From: Octopus bimaculoides
Taxonomy: Eukaryota
Length of the DNA: 51,586 nt
Reading direction: 5' to 3'
NCBI RefSeq assembly: GCF_001194135.2
Contig: NC_068992.1
Location: 7,615,975 to 7,667,560 of the forward strand
How positions within the stretch are numbered: position 1 is the stretch's first letter; each line of letters begins with the position of its first letter. The notes under the pieces were generated by a model, which was not told the DNA's origin, searched no databases, and saw nothing but the letters and a program-made list of their open reading frames with translations. Of this stretch, positions 26,819 to 36,498 are shown piece by piece. The translations under genes and the position numbers were made by a program.

Positions 26819-27605
26819 GAGAGAGAGAACACCCGCTTCTGTGCCTTTTTCGTTCCCCATGAGATAGTGAAAGCTATTCAAAAAATACTCCCTTATAAAA
26901 TCTGGGATTTGAAAGAGGAAACAGGAATCTGCGAGGTATGGGCCACTTGCAACTATAATAACAAGGGCCACAGAGGGAAATGGTTCCAAATGAGAATCCA
27001 AAACGGTTTCATGAACCCAGTCCCCTGAATGTTTGCTTATTACTGTTATTGTTTTAAACATTTGTAGAAGGGATTGGTATCTTGTTGCATTTGTACCCTT
27101 CATCTTTTCGGGGCCGATAAAATTAAGTACCAGCTGAACACTGGGGTCGATTTAATCGACTGGCCTCCTTCTCTCAAATTTGCTGACCTTGAGCCAAAAA
27201 TTACAAAGAATTATAGTTGTTGTTGTTGTTGTGTCAGCTGTCTTCTCTTTATGATCACATTTAGTTCAATATATATTCTTTAGTCAATCCAAGTTTAATT
27301 CGTTGCTTTAAAAAAAAATGTAAAACTAAAAAAAGAAAAAGATTTATTCCTACTTTGTCTTTTTTAGAAAAAAAGAAATTAAATCCCGCCAGAAAATCAT
27401 TAATGTTTTAGAAAATCAAGAAATAATAATCAGTTTATTTCAGTGAAAAGATTTGTGTGTGTGTTTTTAAAATTATTACAACTTAAATAAAACGTCCGAA
27501 ATAATTTCTACGTTACCTTCCAAGTTCATCTCCCATTTCGTATCGATCTACAAATGGAACATCCTTTATACTTTCGGCCACCCAATAATCCGTTTTTGCT
27601 GCCAT
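826..27605 (-). CDS. CAMK4: Calcium/calmodulin-dependent protein kinase IV-like, 12 coding exons: 27605-27517, 22235-22157, 14286-14224, 11192-11110, 10202-10130, 9480-9442, 6673-6622, 6160-6086, 5549-5474, 4275-4158, 3350-3192, 891-826 (972 nt, 323 aa)
   Basis: Manual splicing gives one frame with GT-AG introns and matching phases: MAAKTDYWVAESIKDVPFVDRYEMGDELGRGASAIVYSC...WAVKK...HRDLKPEN...DFGLSK...CGTPSYCAPE...DIWSAG...PWWDDIS...HPWVTGEAA...FNGRRKLKAAAKAVIMTNRVMKFAGRTTS*. DYW, ELGRGA, LSHPN, SPWWD and FNxRRKLKAAxKAV are CaMKIV hallmarks (recalled, not searched). Confidence 0.93.
912..1048. repeat. (GGT)n/(GAT)n microsatellite just inside the CaMKIV last intron
   Basis: Directly visible. 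Confidence 0.95.
1434..2440 (+). mobile_element. Degenerate Ty3/Gypsy LTR retrotransposon fragment (protease-like region and RT) in CaMKIV last intron
   Basis: DAYPVPQIDDLL..., YEFKWLPFGCTN..., FAYLDDIIMAG RT motifs across frameshifts and stops. Confidence 0.88.
3192..3350 (-). CDS. CAMK4: CaMKIV exon 11 (DLISKILIRD...HPWVTGEAAK...FNGRRKLK)
   Basis: 159 nt; TTATAG / GTAAAT; end of kinase domain and autoinhibitory segment. Confidence 0.93.
3668..3780. repeat. (CTT)n microsatellite running into an N gap
   Basis: Directly visible. Confidence 0.97.
4158..4275 (-). CDS. CAMK4: CaMKIV exon 10 (LVGYEPFFASNDHKIYKRIIRIDWKFESPWWDDISSNSK)
   Basis: 118 nt; TTGCAG / GTAAGT; GYEPF and SPWWD. Confidence 0.95.
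4841..5010. repeat. TTAA-ended MITE-like arm; inverted relative to copies at ~6430-6596 and ~8025-8190
   Basis: Reverse complement aligns by eye to 6488-6596 (GACATTGTAGGGTAGGTGT...TTTGAACATGAAA...TTGGGCCAGAT...GATTAA). Confidence 0.75.
5474..5549 (-). CDS. CAMK4: CaMKIV exon 9 (PEVLQGSMYSFPADIWSAGVILFI-L)
   Basis: 76 nt; TCTTAG / GTGAGT; APE and DxWSxG. Confidence 0.95.
6086..6160 (-). CDS. CAMK4: CaMKIV exon 8 (DFGLSKIMTTSTLSMSMCGTPSYC-A)
   Basis: 75 nt; TTTCAG / GTTTGT; DFG and activation loop. Confidence 0.95.
6622..6673 (-). CDS. CAMK4: CaMKIV exon 7 (PENLLYCTKDEDSVLKI-A)
   Basis: 52 nt; TTTCAG / GTAAGT. Confidence 0.95.
7325..7400. repeat. (TCTA)n + (CA)n microsatellite
   Basis: Directly visible. 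Confidence 0.95.
8688..9353 (+). mobile_element. Non-autonomous Helitron
   Basis: 5' A|TCTACTACATATT; 3' hairpin CCCGG-GAATTA-CCGGG then TACACCAGCTAG|T. Pairing of this 5' end with this 3' end is inferred. Confidence 0.7.
9442..9480 (-). CDS. CAMK4: CaMKIV exon 6 (YLHQNSIIHRDLK)
   Basis: 39 nt; TTCCAG / GTTTGT; catalytic-loop HRDLK. Confidence 0.93.
10130..10202 (-). CDS. CAMK4: CaMKIV exon 5 (IVERGSYSEKDAANVFRQILTGIE)
   Basis: 73 nt; TTACAG / GTAGGG; motif also visible in ORF 10022..10288. Confidence 0.95.
11110..11192 (-). CDS. CAMK4: CaMKIV exon 4 (VRMKEVFETTTSLHLVLEYAIGGELFD-R)
   Basis: 83 nt; CTATAG / GTAAGA; LVLEY..GGELFDR hinge motif. Confidence 0.95.
13635..13920 (+). mobile_element. 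Helitron 5' fragment
   Basis: A|TCTATATATATAAAGATGAGAATGTGTGTCTGTC start typical of Helitron 5' ends; no matching 3' end seen. Confidence 0.55.
13977..14094 (-). mobile_element. 118-bp mini-Helitron
   Basis: Minus strand A|TCTATATATG ... CACGG-GCAACG-CCGGG-TATCTCTGCTAG|T; sits between A and T. Confidence 0.72.
14224..14286 (-). CDS. CAMK4: CaMKIV exon 3 (PHSRVVTVEIKVLLGLSHPNV)
   Basis: 63 nt; TTGTAG / GTAAGT; alphaC Glu and LSHPN. Confidence 0.93.
14880..15330 (+). mobile_element. Non-LTR retrotransposon fragment (R4/Dong-like pre-RT region)
   Basis: QQNRLFRVDQKRFYKEING...RFWSDVWSK...AEWLQELK and WKTPGPDEVQGYWIK motifs. Confidence 0.75.
17630..19070 (+). mobile_element. Degenerate CR1/L2-superclade LINE ORF2 fragment (end of APE endonuclease to pre-RT GPDG), interrupted by a solo LTR
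   Basis: FSNNVELIHNVKISPTIFSDYNMIEL; NFYKAD; EVLNKQFQSV; ATGPDGFPPVLL. Confidence 0.75.
18083..18456 (+). mobile_element. Solo LTR-like insertion
   Basis: Starts TGTAGTA, ends TATTATA (CA->TA), AATAAA near 3' end, internal direct repeat GAGCATGGACGTGT; interrupts the LINE frame at RDRK. Confidence 0.6.
19466..19642 (-). mobile_element. tRNA-derived SINE 5' part; related body at ~33915-34170 (+)
   Basis: tRNA-like head GTGGAGGCGCAATGGCCCAGTGGTTAGGG...GGTTTCGATTCCC; shared body GGCAGGGGATGGTGGCGAACCCTGCTGTACTCTTT. Confidence 0.75.
19700..20840 (-). mobile_element. RTE-clade LINE 3' fragment
   Basis: RTGGIFNQQRFKVRTKV...FVDECALVA, RWCGHILLM..DRILKRIF, NVGRPLLRYKD...WRK: RTE/BovB-like RT C-terminus with frameshifts. 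Confidence 0.82.
20989..21353 (+). mobile_element. Full-length octopus-type tRNA-derived SINE; other copies ~22640-23008 (+), ~35246-35602 (-), ~44335-44600 (+, decayed)
   Basis: Near-identical multi-copy sequence ...CTTACCAACCACATGGTTCC...GGAAACTGAAAGAAGCCCGTCG...GGCGGTGCTCCAGCATGGCCGCAGTC... Confidence 0.88.
21520..21732 (+). mobile_element. Second tRNA-derived SINE family with 12-bp TSD; many copies (e.g. ~16105-16650, 23117-23324 minus, ~26160-26305, ~27070-27200, ~31035-31200, ~36945-37570 minus, ~43860-44020)
   Basis: Repeated TTCTGAGTTCAAATTCCGCCGAGGTCGACTTTGCCTTTCATCCTTT core; flanks TATGAACACTAA (21508-21519) and TATGAACCCTAA (21733-21744). Confidence 0.88.
21960..22092. mobile_element. 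hAT-like MITE end with TTAACGATTAACGAAGTTAAC subterminal repeats
   Basis: Tandem TTAACG motifs ending at AGCGGTGCCTGTCTCTA; family assignment inferred. Confidence 0.45.
22157..22235 (-). CDS. CAMK4: CaMKIV exon 2 (GASAIVYSCRNKKDNTQWAVKKITKR)
   Basis: 79 nt; TTACAG acceptor, GTAAGT donor; Gly-rich loop and catalytic Lys (AVK). Confidence 0.93.
23625..24442. mobile_element. Non-autonomous DNA transposon (MITE) with ~170-bp terminal inverted repeats
   Basis: 23625-~23795 aligns by eye to the reverse complement of ~24270-24442 (e.g. GAAATATGGGCCTCATTTCA / TGAAATGAGGCCCATATTTC). Confidence 0.8.
24443..25581 (-). mobile_element. LTR-like element (solo LTR, contains N gap)
   Basis: TGT...ACA termini, TATAAATA box and AATAAAT signal on the minus strand, elevated GC. 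No clean TSD, so the boundary is uncertain (24443 or 24542). Confidence 0.55.
27517..27605 (-). CDS. CAMK4: CaMKIV exon 1 (MAAKTDYWVAESIKDVPFVDRYEMGDELG-R)
   Basis: ATG at 27605, DYW...ELGR motif, donor AG|GTAACG, phase 2. The start codon is inferred as the first in-frame ATG after an in-frame stop near 27681. Confidence 0.88.
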
Positions 27606-27682
27606 TGGTTCGGGTTCTTTATAACAAATATTTCCTATCTTTGAAGTTGATGGAACAAATAAACAATAGTATGACGGCACCT

Positions 27683-27790
27683 ATTACTGCTGCTGCTGCT
27701 GCTACTACTACTACTACTTCTACTACTACTACTATTACTACTACTGTATTTACTATTACTACTACTGTATTTACTATTACAACTACTACT
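27683..27790. repeat. (CTG)n/(CTA)n compound trinucleotide repeat upstream of the CaMKIV ATG (probable 5' UTR)
   Basis: Directly visible, ~80 nt upstream of the ATG on the minus strand. Confidence 0.9.
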
Positions 27791-30049
27791 GACTCCAGTA
27801 CTACTTTCCAAATATTTCGTGTTTCTCTTTCGCTTTTCTTTCTTTCGCTTGTCTTTCTTTTTCTTTTCTTTCTTTTATGTTTTTTACTTTTTTGTACTTT
27901 TTTTCCTAGGGTTATATTGCTGTAATTGCTTGGCAACAGGTGATCAAATATCGATTGGAATGGTAAGAAAATAACCACAGTTAACAATATATATTCTACA
28001 GCTATATAAAGATATAAGAATATAACTTTATATATTCATTAATGCACGGATAGTTGAAGATACAGTCAGAATCTTGCCCACTTTAATGGGAAAGTATATA
28101 TTCACAATCAAGTTTGGCTCCCACAGACCGTTATGCACCAAAGTGGTGAAACCCAACGCGGCGTTTTCGCCCTGCACATCATTATTCCAGATTGTCAATG
28201 CTTACAAACAGTCCAATAAGAGTTACCTCCCTTACGTTTCGTGTCTTTCTTTGTTTTTCTTGTTTTTATATTGATTTTGTATTGTTTTGGTGACGAAGTG
28301 ATTGCGGAATCTCTGCTTTTTTATTTTTTATTATTTTCATTGAATTTGGGTTTAACGTAAACTCGTAACAAACCATTTCCGCGGTTAAAACTACTTTTAT
28401 GTATATCGCTAACCCTTTCATATCTTTCTATTTTTCCTGCTGATGTGTATCGAGAGATCGATTAGCCAATATTGTAAACTACCACACCTGTGATCTGAAA
28501 GTTGTCAGCCGATCCACTAAATGCAGCCTACATGTTTATTTATTAATCGAGATTAGCCATTCCTTCATATACATTTAGACTGTACTCTACACCCACCCTA
28601 CACGCGGTGGTTAATTGAGATGCGTTTGTGTATGCGCGCGCGTGTGTGTATGTGTATGCGCGCGCAATGTTTGCAGTTGGGACATACAACACCTCCACTG
28701 TGTCGTCCGTTTCTGTACGCTTGTTGTTGTCGTTGTTATTGCTTCTGCTGGTTAACTTCACACCAGACCTGATCGTAGTCAAAGCTGTTCCAAAACGGCC
28801 ATCACCCGTTTTGGGGCTGTTGTTTTTTTTTCACCCTGGTGTTGTATATTGTGTATCTAGGTCTACCTCATAGAATGTGTCCTCTCTTTCTAAGACGGTT
28901 AGGTGTATTTAGAGGAGATTTGGCTGCTATTTCTAGAGGGTCGAATGACCACTTTGAAGCTCTCTCACTGGTTACGGCTCTTCTTAATCCAGTTGGTTGT
29001 AATTGTTTAACCCTGGGCCATGCCCTCTCCCCATTAAGCACACCTGTGATTAAATACACCCTGGACGTGCTCAGCCATTTCTATTTATTTATTAGATTCC
29101 CAATCTACTGAATGTACTATCACTATTGTAGTGTAGTTAAGCTTGATAAGTTGCTTGTTACTATATCTTATAGCATGCACTTATACAAATCCCCCCCCCC
29201 CACCGAAAGTTACGTCTCCTCATAACTTTCAAAAAAACTGGAACTTTTAAATGAAATTTTCTACAAATACCTTCCAGACGGAATAGATTCAGATTGTATC
29301 GGAATCTGCTGTAAAACAATTTTTCTGAACGGGAGAGGAATTTCGGATAATTCACACGAGTCGATTTTGTTTCCTCATAACTTTCAGAAAATTGCGTATT
29401 TTTTAATGAAGTTTTCTACATATACCTTTCAGCTGATGTACATTACGATTATATCGGAATTTAATGTACAACAACAACAACAAAATAACTGTGGCTGTCT
29501 ATACCATACATGCTGACATATATTGCATAATTTTTATAAGATTTCAAGTTTGATTTTGTAGTTATATATGTGTGATGTGTGTCAACGTGTATGTGCACTC
29601 GCTCACCAATTTTTTTTCCACATTAAATCCCGATATAATCTACACCCTCTAAAAGTTACTAATTTCATTAAGAAATATCTGTTTCTGAAAGTTATGAGGA
29701 GCAAAATCGAAGAGCAGAACCCGTGTAAATATGCCTATCTCTGTAAAAATATGCCATCTTTGCTTCTATTAATTTTGCAAATAATGAAGAGTTTAGTAAA
29801 ATAATTTTATCATTGTTAATTTGGTGGTTATAACAAAAAATTAATATTATGGGGAGCGGTCTGCATGAAATATGGATCATCATCAGGCAGGCCACACTAC
29901 TAAAATAATTCAAGGTATTTTTTCATTAGGCCATTCAGAAAGTCCCGTGGACCGCAGTTTTCCCATGACTGCTCTACACGATTACTTGGCCTGTTAGAAT
30001 TAATTAATTAATTAATTAATCCATACATTCATTCATTCATGCATACATA

Positions 30050-30195
30050 CATTTGTTAGTGAATGCTTAAAGGATAATCTGGATAAACTGGGATTTTCAG
30101 AAAGAGAAATCGACTGACTGATTCGTACATTACAAGTGCAATCTGTAAATGGAACAGTAAAAATATGCATGACTTTTCTCAAGTTCCAAATGTGA
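30050..30195 (+). mobile_element. 3' end of RLE-type non-LTR retrotransposon
   Basis: ECLKDNLDKLGFSEREID*LIRTLQVQSVNGTVKICMTFLKFQM* resembles R4/Dong-type C-termini (recalled). Confidence 0.55.
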
Positions 30196-32129
30196 ATTTG
30201 TCTGTGTTAACTACATCCCTAGGACAATTTACTTAGAATTTTTTTTCGGCTGTAAACTGCATATTAACTGCAGAGAATACCTCTGAAGGTATTTTCCTTG
30301 CCATACTTTCATAGATGACAGGTTTAAGACATGTCAGTAGTATTGTTTTCTTTTTTCCTCTTAAATTAGTGTTTATAATGTCAATATTATTCTCAACTTG
30401 TAGAAAACTTTTAAAAACTTCATTCTCGGCTTAAATTTCTAATTAATCCCATATCACTTTTCAGGCAGTAATATCTTTCAGAAAAATATTGTCACCGTGT
30501 CATCTTATTCTTTTCACTTACAAAAGTAAAGTTTTGTACCTAAGAAAGAAATCTGCTTCCTGATTGTACTATTGTAGCAACGCAATAATAAACGAGGTAT
30601 TCTGATCAAGTGCAGTGCTGATACTTGCTCTCAAATTCGTCCACAAAAAATATAGTATTTTTTATATATTACTTCATGTCAAATCAATAAGAAGTGGTAT
30701 TTCTTGTTACTTCTAACCAATTAGATCTGGCAATATCTATTTATATTTTTATGACTTGTTACACGAACAAACGTGTAACATTTCATTGTGAACAAAAAGA
30801 AAAGCAAAATAACAGAAGAAATATCCAAGTAAAATGAGGCAATCAACAGGGAAAATTGCGAAGGAAAGGAAATGCTCCAGATATTCAGTCGATAAGAACC
30901 AAATCAAATGATTTAAAACTGGAGGGATGGTGCAAACTTGTAAAGACTAAAATCAAAAAAATATAATGGCCATAAGGATTGAAATGACTTGGAAGCATGC
31001 ACTACACTTTCGCTAATTATCTTAAATGCCTAAATGAAGGTGGTGAGCTGACAGAAGTGTAATGTTGTTGGCATTTGTTCCGGTTTTTTACATTCTGAGT
31101 TCAAATCTCGTTGAAGTCAGCTTTGCCAGGGTGAATAGAATAATGCATCTATCAAGTACTGAAGTTGGTGTAATCGACTAATACTCTATATTTCTAGAAT
31201 GCTCTATATTTCTAGAGCCAAATGGTTTTCTTATCAGAGTTTATTAATATTGCACCTTATATAGGTACAGGGCTAGAAAGCTGATGAAAAGAGGTTAACA
31301 GTTTGTTTCGACCTAGTATTTGATTTGCATTTCACTTTATCAACACTGGAGGATGAAAGCAGTGCAATCTTAAGCATGGTTAAACACAGAAGTTTTCTGA
31401 GTGACTCACAAGTCCAAGGAGCCCTTGGCTAATTTATGTATGTTGTGATTGTTTATGTAGGGACCCTAATGTACTTAACATTCCTTGTCCCAAAAAAGTG
31501 TTAAGAAGGTCCTGCATGAAATACAAAATTAACCTTTGGACAGATTTAAACTCAGAACATAAAGAGCCAGATCAAATACCACAAGGCATTTTGTCTGATG
31601 CTGTAATAGCTTCCATTAATGTGCCGTCTTTTCAATAAAATACAATCTAATTTATTTATTGCCATCTGAACATTATCTTTATGTAGAATTTTCATTTTTC
31701 TTTTGTTCCTCCAAACACTAGAAAATTGTTTTTTTTCTCTATTTTATATTTATTAAAAAATATAAAATAAAAAAAAATGGCGTCAACACAACATAATGAG
31801 ACCGAGTTTAATATTCATTTCTTGAAGAAAATATCATTGTTTTGTTGATCAATTTGAAATTATCCATTCTATTGATTAGAAAACGTTTCAGTCAGCACAG
31901 TTAAGGTTTCTCATGTTTTTTGTTTTCCTTTATGGTGTGTTTATGTCACGTGGGCTGTGCTGGGTGTCTAATTCAGAGAGGACGTACAAATGAGACAGAT
32001 TTCAGACGAGCAATACATTAAACAAATAGAATGGTTGGACTATTTCTCAACAAATAATTTACTCTCTGTCAGTCTGTTTGTTTCTGTCTTTGTCTCTGTC
32101 TGTCTGTCTGTCTGTCTGACTCTGTCTAC

Positions 32130-32179
<50 letters not shown>

Positions 32180-32182
<3 letters not shown>

Positions 32183-32315
32183 CATCATCATCATCGTTTA
32201 ACGTCCGCTTTCCATGCTAGCATGGGTTGGACGATTTGACTGAGGACTGGTGAAACCGGATGGCAACACCAGGCTCCAGTCTGATTTGGCAGAGTTTCTA
32301 CAGCTGGATGCCCTG
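32180..32315 (+). mobile_element. Third SINE-like family (CAT-repeat led); copies ~3954-4125 (-), ~6960-7200, ~36525-36660, ~42300-42410 (-), ~45670-45985 (-), ~49020-49110 (-), ~49370-49440 (-)
   Basis: Repeated CGTTTAACGTCCGCTTTCCATGCTxGCATGGGTTGGAC ... GTTTCTACAGCTGGATGCC. Confidence 0.82.
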
Positions 32316-32345
32316 TATATCTATACAAATACACACGTATATACA

Positions 32346-32381
<36 letters not shown>

Positions 32382-32460
32382 NNNNNNNNNNNNNNNNNNN
32401 NTATATATATATATATATATATATATGAGATTTTCTAACTGGCTACTTTGCTTGTTATAT

Positions 32461-32830
32461 AAATTGGGTTGAGGAATAATTCATGAGTGTTTTTTTTTTC
32501 TTTTCAAATTTATTTTCAACAAAAATACTACAACAAATAAATCAATAATACACTCTCAGTTGCTGTTTACGACTTCCTCCCATTGTTCAATAAGTTTTTC
32601 GATGCCTTGGCAATAAAAATCTCCCAGTCTTGACGCAAAAGCCCTCAATTCCACGTCATTATTGAACGTTACACCGCACAAAGAGTTTGAAAGCAGTCGA
32701 AAGAGATGAAGATCTAACAGTGCTATGTATGGAGGATGGGGCAGCACCTCCCATTTGAGTCTGTCTGTCATTTTTCAGTCTTATTTCAAGATTTCTTGCT
32801 AATAAAGAAAGACTCAGTTTCTAACGTAGA
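32461..32830 (-). mobile_element. Mariner/Tc1 transposon 3' remnant
   Basis: WEVLPHPPY...DLHLFRLLSN...DFYCQGIEKLIEQWEEVVNSN transposase C-terminus; ATTGGGTTG TIR-like end at ~32462. Confidence 0.85.
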
Positions 32831-33002
32831 TTCAAGGTGCCTTCATTGGAATTTCGACATCAACAACAAGATGTTTTTGTTTGTATATGTGAAGATTTGT
32901 ATGTCTTCTCATGCATATAGTTGCATATCTAGATATGCTCATATACATTTAAATGATAAACTATTGTTGTTCTTTAACTCCCTAGATCCAGTGTCATCTT
33001 AA

Positions 33003-33830
33003 GTCATGGGCTCACTGGACAGTTGCCTGTGGGCCGCATGAATCTAGGGGCTGCTAGTGTATGTTGTGACTTGTTGCCAATGCATTGCTTTTTCATGAGA
33101 GAAAGGAGGCTATAGTGCTGAAAGACTGCCATTCTTAGATCAATGCTGACCCTGGATTTAAAGGAATTCAACCATGACCATCCCATATTTTTATGGGATT
33201 CTTGCATTAAGACGGAAGATACTAATGGATATTTGGTTGCTATTTTCAGTAGACCGGGCAGCCATGCAAAAGGTTCCTGTTGATAACAAAGAGTCTCTCG
33301 GTTCCTCTGTGCATGTGTTGTAACATCAAACAGTATGAAACATGCTTGATAATTACGATATTGTGTGATAATGGCATATAGACATGAAACACAGATGAAA
33401 GATGGAGGCCATAGAGAAGAAATTAGTTGAAAAATAATGTGTTGGTTAGTTAGATGTTTGGGTGGTTGGTTTTGAGACGGCGATGCTGGTGGAGGTGGTG
33501 GTAGTGGTTTGACACAGGATAGCCTGGTCAAGCAAACTTTCAATCAAGGGCATTCCAGACATGGCAATAGTATATCTCGGACTACATTTTCCAATATGTT
33601 CTTTTTTAAAGAAAAAAGTCAGAAGAGTGTAGTTTGTATGCACGCATGGGGTGGTAGTGGGGAATCTGGCTGCTATTCCTAGCATGTCGAGTAAAGTGTG
33701 AGTGGTTGGAATTGAACAAAAAGCTAATAGCTTATTTGGTGTACAGAAACGATGAATATACAAACCATATACAAACTTTGAGGCACACATGTTAATACAG
33801 TGTGACTCAGGCCCCAATCCACAGTATCAT
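33003..33830 (-). mobile_element. Possible decayed DNA-transposon (hAT-like) coding remnant
   Basis: Non-microsatellite ORF fragments and a GCCTGTGGGCCGCATG subterminal-like motif; homology not established. Confidence 0.3.
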
Positions 33831-34793
33831 ATAATAATTCTGCTTGTCATTCCGTTACTTAGCCCCCCCCCCCGTTAGTAATGCTTTCACATGATTAGAG
33901 AAAAAGGGGGAGAAAAATCTCCACGAGGCTATGGCAGGGGATGGTGGCGAACCCTGCTGTACTCTTTCTCTCACTCTTACTTCCTGTTTCTGTTGTGCCT
34001 GTAATTCAAAGGGTCAGCCTTGTCACACTGTGTCATGCTGAATATCCCCAAGAACTGCGTTAAGGGTACACGTGTCTGTGGAGTGCTCAGCTATTTGCAC
34101 GTTAATCTCATGAGCAGGCTGTTCCGTTGATCGGATCAACTGGAACCCTCGACGTCGTAAGCGACGGAGTGCCAACAACATATATATATATATATATATA
34201 TAACATGATGGAATTTTATTCATAACTTTTCTTAATAGGTTATTACTATTGAATCCTTTCATAAAAGCAATTTGTTGATCTAAGTTGGCCTGTCCTCTCA
34301 CTTCATGAATTTTCTTTGTTATATCTATCTGTTCATTGTTGGACAATCAATATATTCATTACCTTCAGCAATTGCAGAAATTCTACTCGAGACATCTGCA
34401 ACCTAATTCTCTCTTCCTGGATGGCATTGTGTTTCGCATGAGAACACTGAAAGCTGTAATCTCCAACAGCAGACAGATTTGCATTTTAATAATAGTTTGA
34501 GGTCAGCAACCAAACAGAAATGCAATAAACTGACAGAATTGTTTAGGTGTCAGACAGAATACCTTATGGCATTTGTTCTGATCCTATACATTCTGAGTTC
34601 AAATCCTGCTGAGGCTAACTTTACCTTTTGTCCTTTCAGGGTTGATTTTAAAAAGAAAAAAGTTACCGGTCTACAGTGATGAACTGGTGGAAATGTTATT
34701 ATAACAGGCAACACCTCTGGTACCCACTCCAGATTTATGCATTCTGATTTCAAATTCTACCCATTACAGAAAAACAAAACAAAAGGGACACTA

Positions 34794-34904
34794 GATATAT
34801 ATATATACACAGATATACATATATATATATATACAGATATACACACACACACACACACATATATATATACAGACACACACACACATATATATATATACAG
34901 ATAT

Positions 34905-34935
<31 letters not shown>

Positions 34936-35069
34936 CAGATACACACACACACACACATACATATATNNNNNNNNNNNNNNNNNNNNNNNNNNNNNNNNNN
35001 NNNNNNNNNNNNNNNNNNNNNNNNNNNNNNNNNNNNNNNNNNNNNNNNNNNNNNNNNNNNNNNNNNNNN

Positions 35070-35112
<43 letters not shown>

Positions 35113-35128
35113 TATACACATATATATA
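34794..35128. repeat. Compound (AT)n/(AC)n/ACAGAT microsatellite spanning an N gap
   Basis: Directly visible. Confidence 0.95.
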
Positions 35129-36464
35129 GCATTTTATTTTTATTAATTTGTTTTGCAAGATTCCTGAATGTGAAATTGTGTGCTGAAACATTGTTGTATT
35201 TTTTAATTTTTTTGCCAAATAAACACGTGCACTTTTTTTTTCTTCTTTTATTTGTTTGTTTGTCATTTGACTGCATCCATGCTGGAGCACCGCCTTTAGA
35301 TGAACCATTCGACCCCAGGACTTATTCTTTGTAAGCCTAGTACTTATTCTATCAGTTCTTTTGTCAAACCGCTATGTTATGGGGATGTAAACACACCAAC
35401 ATCAGTTGTCAAGCGATGGTGGGGGGACAAACACACACATATATATACAATGGGCTTCTTTCAGTTTCCATCTACCAAATCCACTCACAAGACTTTGGTC
35501 AGCCTGAGGCTATAGTAGAAGGCACTTGCCCACGGTGCCATGCAGTGGGACTGAACCCGGAGCTATGTGGTCGGTAAGCAAGCTACTTACCACTCCTGTG
35601 CCTATATAGTCTTTCTTTGCTCATTTATTAGTTCTTATTTTATTATTTTAACTTATGTCCATGAATGGAGTACGTGGAGCAGGAACACACACGAAAGCAA
35701 AATGTGTCACTGGAGAGGTCACAGATGTGTGATAAAAGATTTCTAAACAGTGGACAGAAGTTAAAATAATAAAATAAGAACAGTAATAAATGAGCGAAGA
35801 ACAAAATACGTAGTGCATATGTTTATTTGCCCCCCCCCCAAAAAAAACAAAATACAAAAACATAGCATTTTAATTGTATTCCAAATTAAGAATTTGAGAC
35901 TTCAGATAGATTTGTGATATGTTGAATTATTTAAGGCAAAGCTATTATAAAATAGCACTGCCCTAATCTTTTATTGTTAAATATGTATTTTTTCTCTCAA
36001 CACTACATATCAATGAGTTAACACTCCAGTAGTCTTCAGGTGACAATTTCTTGTTAAACGTTAGTAGAGTCAGCTTTAGTATATTTGTTTCTTTTGCTCC
36101 AGATTTTCTCTAGTTTCCTCTTTTATTCTTCTGGAATATTCTGCCAATTTCTAACAGAAGATGGTACTCAAAGACAACTGGAAATGTTATTGATCAAGGC
36201 ATTGTGATAATAAAAGTTCAAGCAAAACTACACAAGAATAGATTAATGGTCAATAAAATCATAATTTGTTTTTATGAGGATTTGTATGCATAAAATATCT
36301 ATGTTACCCATATGAATATTGTTAGGTAAAGTTCTTTAGGTACATGAGATTATATTTGGCTCATAATTTTTTTTAATGTTTTTACATATTGGAATTTTCA
36401 CACTATTTAAAATGTTAATGGAAAATATTGAATTTAAAGATATTTAAAAAAATAACATATATAT

Positions 36465-36498
<34 letters not shown>

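Larger units (their letters stand above)
3781..35069. other. Six assembly gaps: 3781-3953, 19281-19465, 21778-21792, 24929-25211, 32382-32401, 34967-35069
   Basis: Runs of N, mostly adjacent to microsatellites; none is needed for the exon chains. Confidence 0.98.

Noticed and set aside
27554-27987. Opposite-strand ORFs of 123 aa and 122 aa over the CaMKIV 5' region
   Set aside because: Sustained by trinucleotide repeats and low-complexity T/A tracts; not in the kinase frame and with no recognisable domain.
34363-34395. AG|ATGTCTCGAGTAGAATTTCTGCAATTGCTGAAG|GT (MSRVEFLQLLK) as an upstream CaMKIV exon
   Set aside because: It would need an acceptor near 27681, which is preceded by purine-rich GCA/GTA repeats with no pyrimidine tract; there is no homology support.
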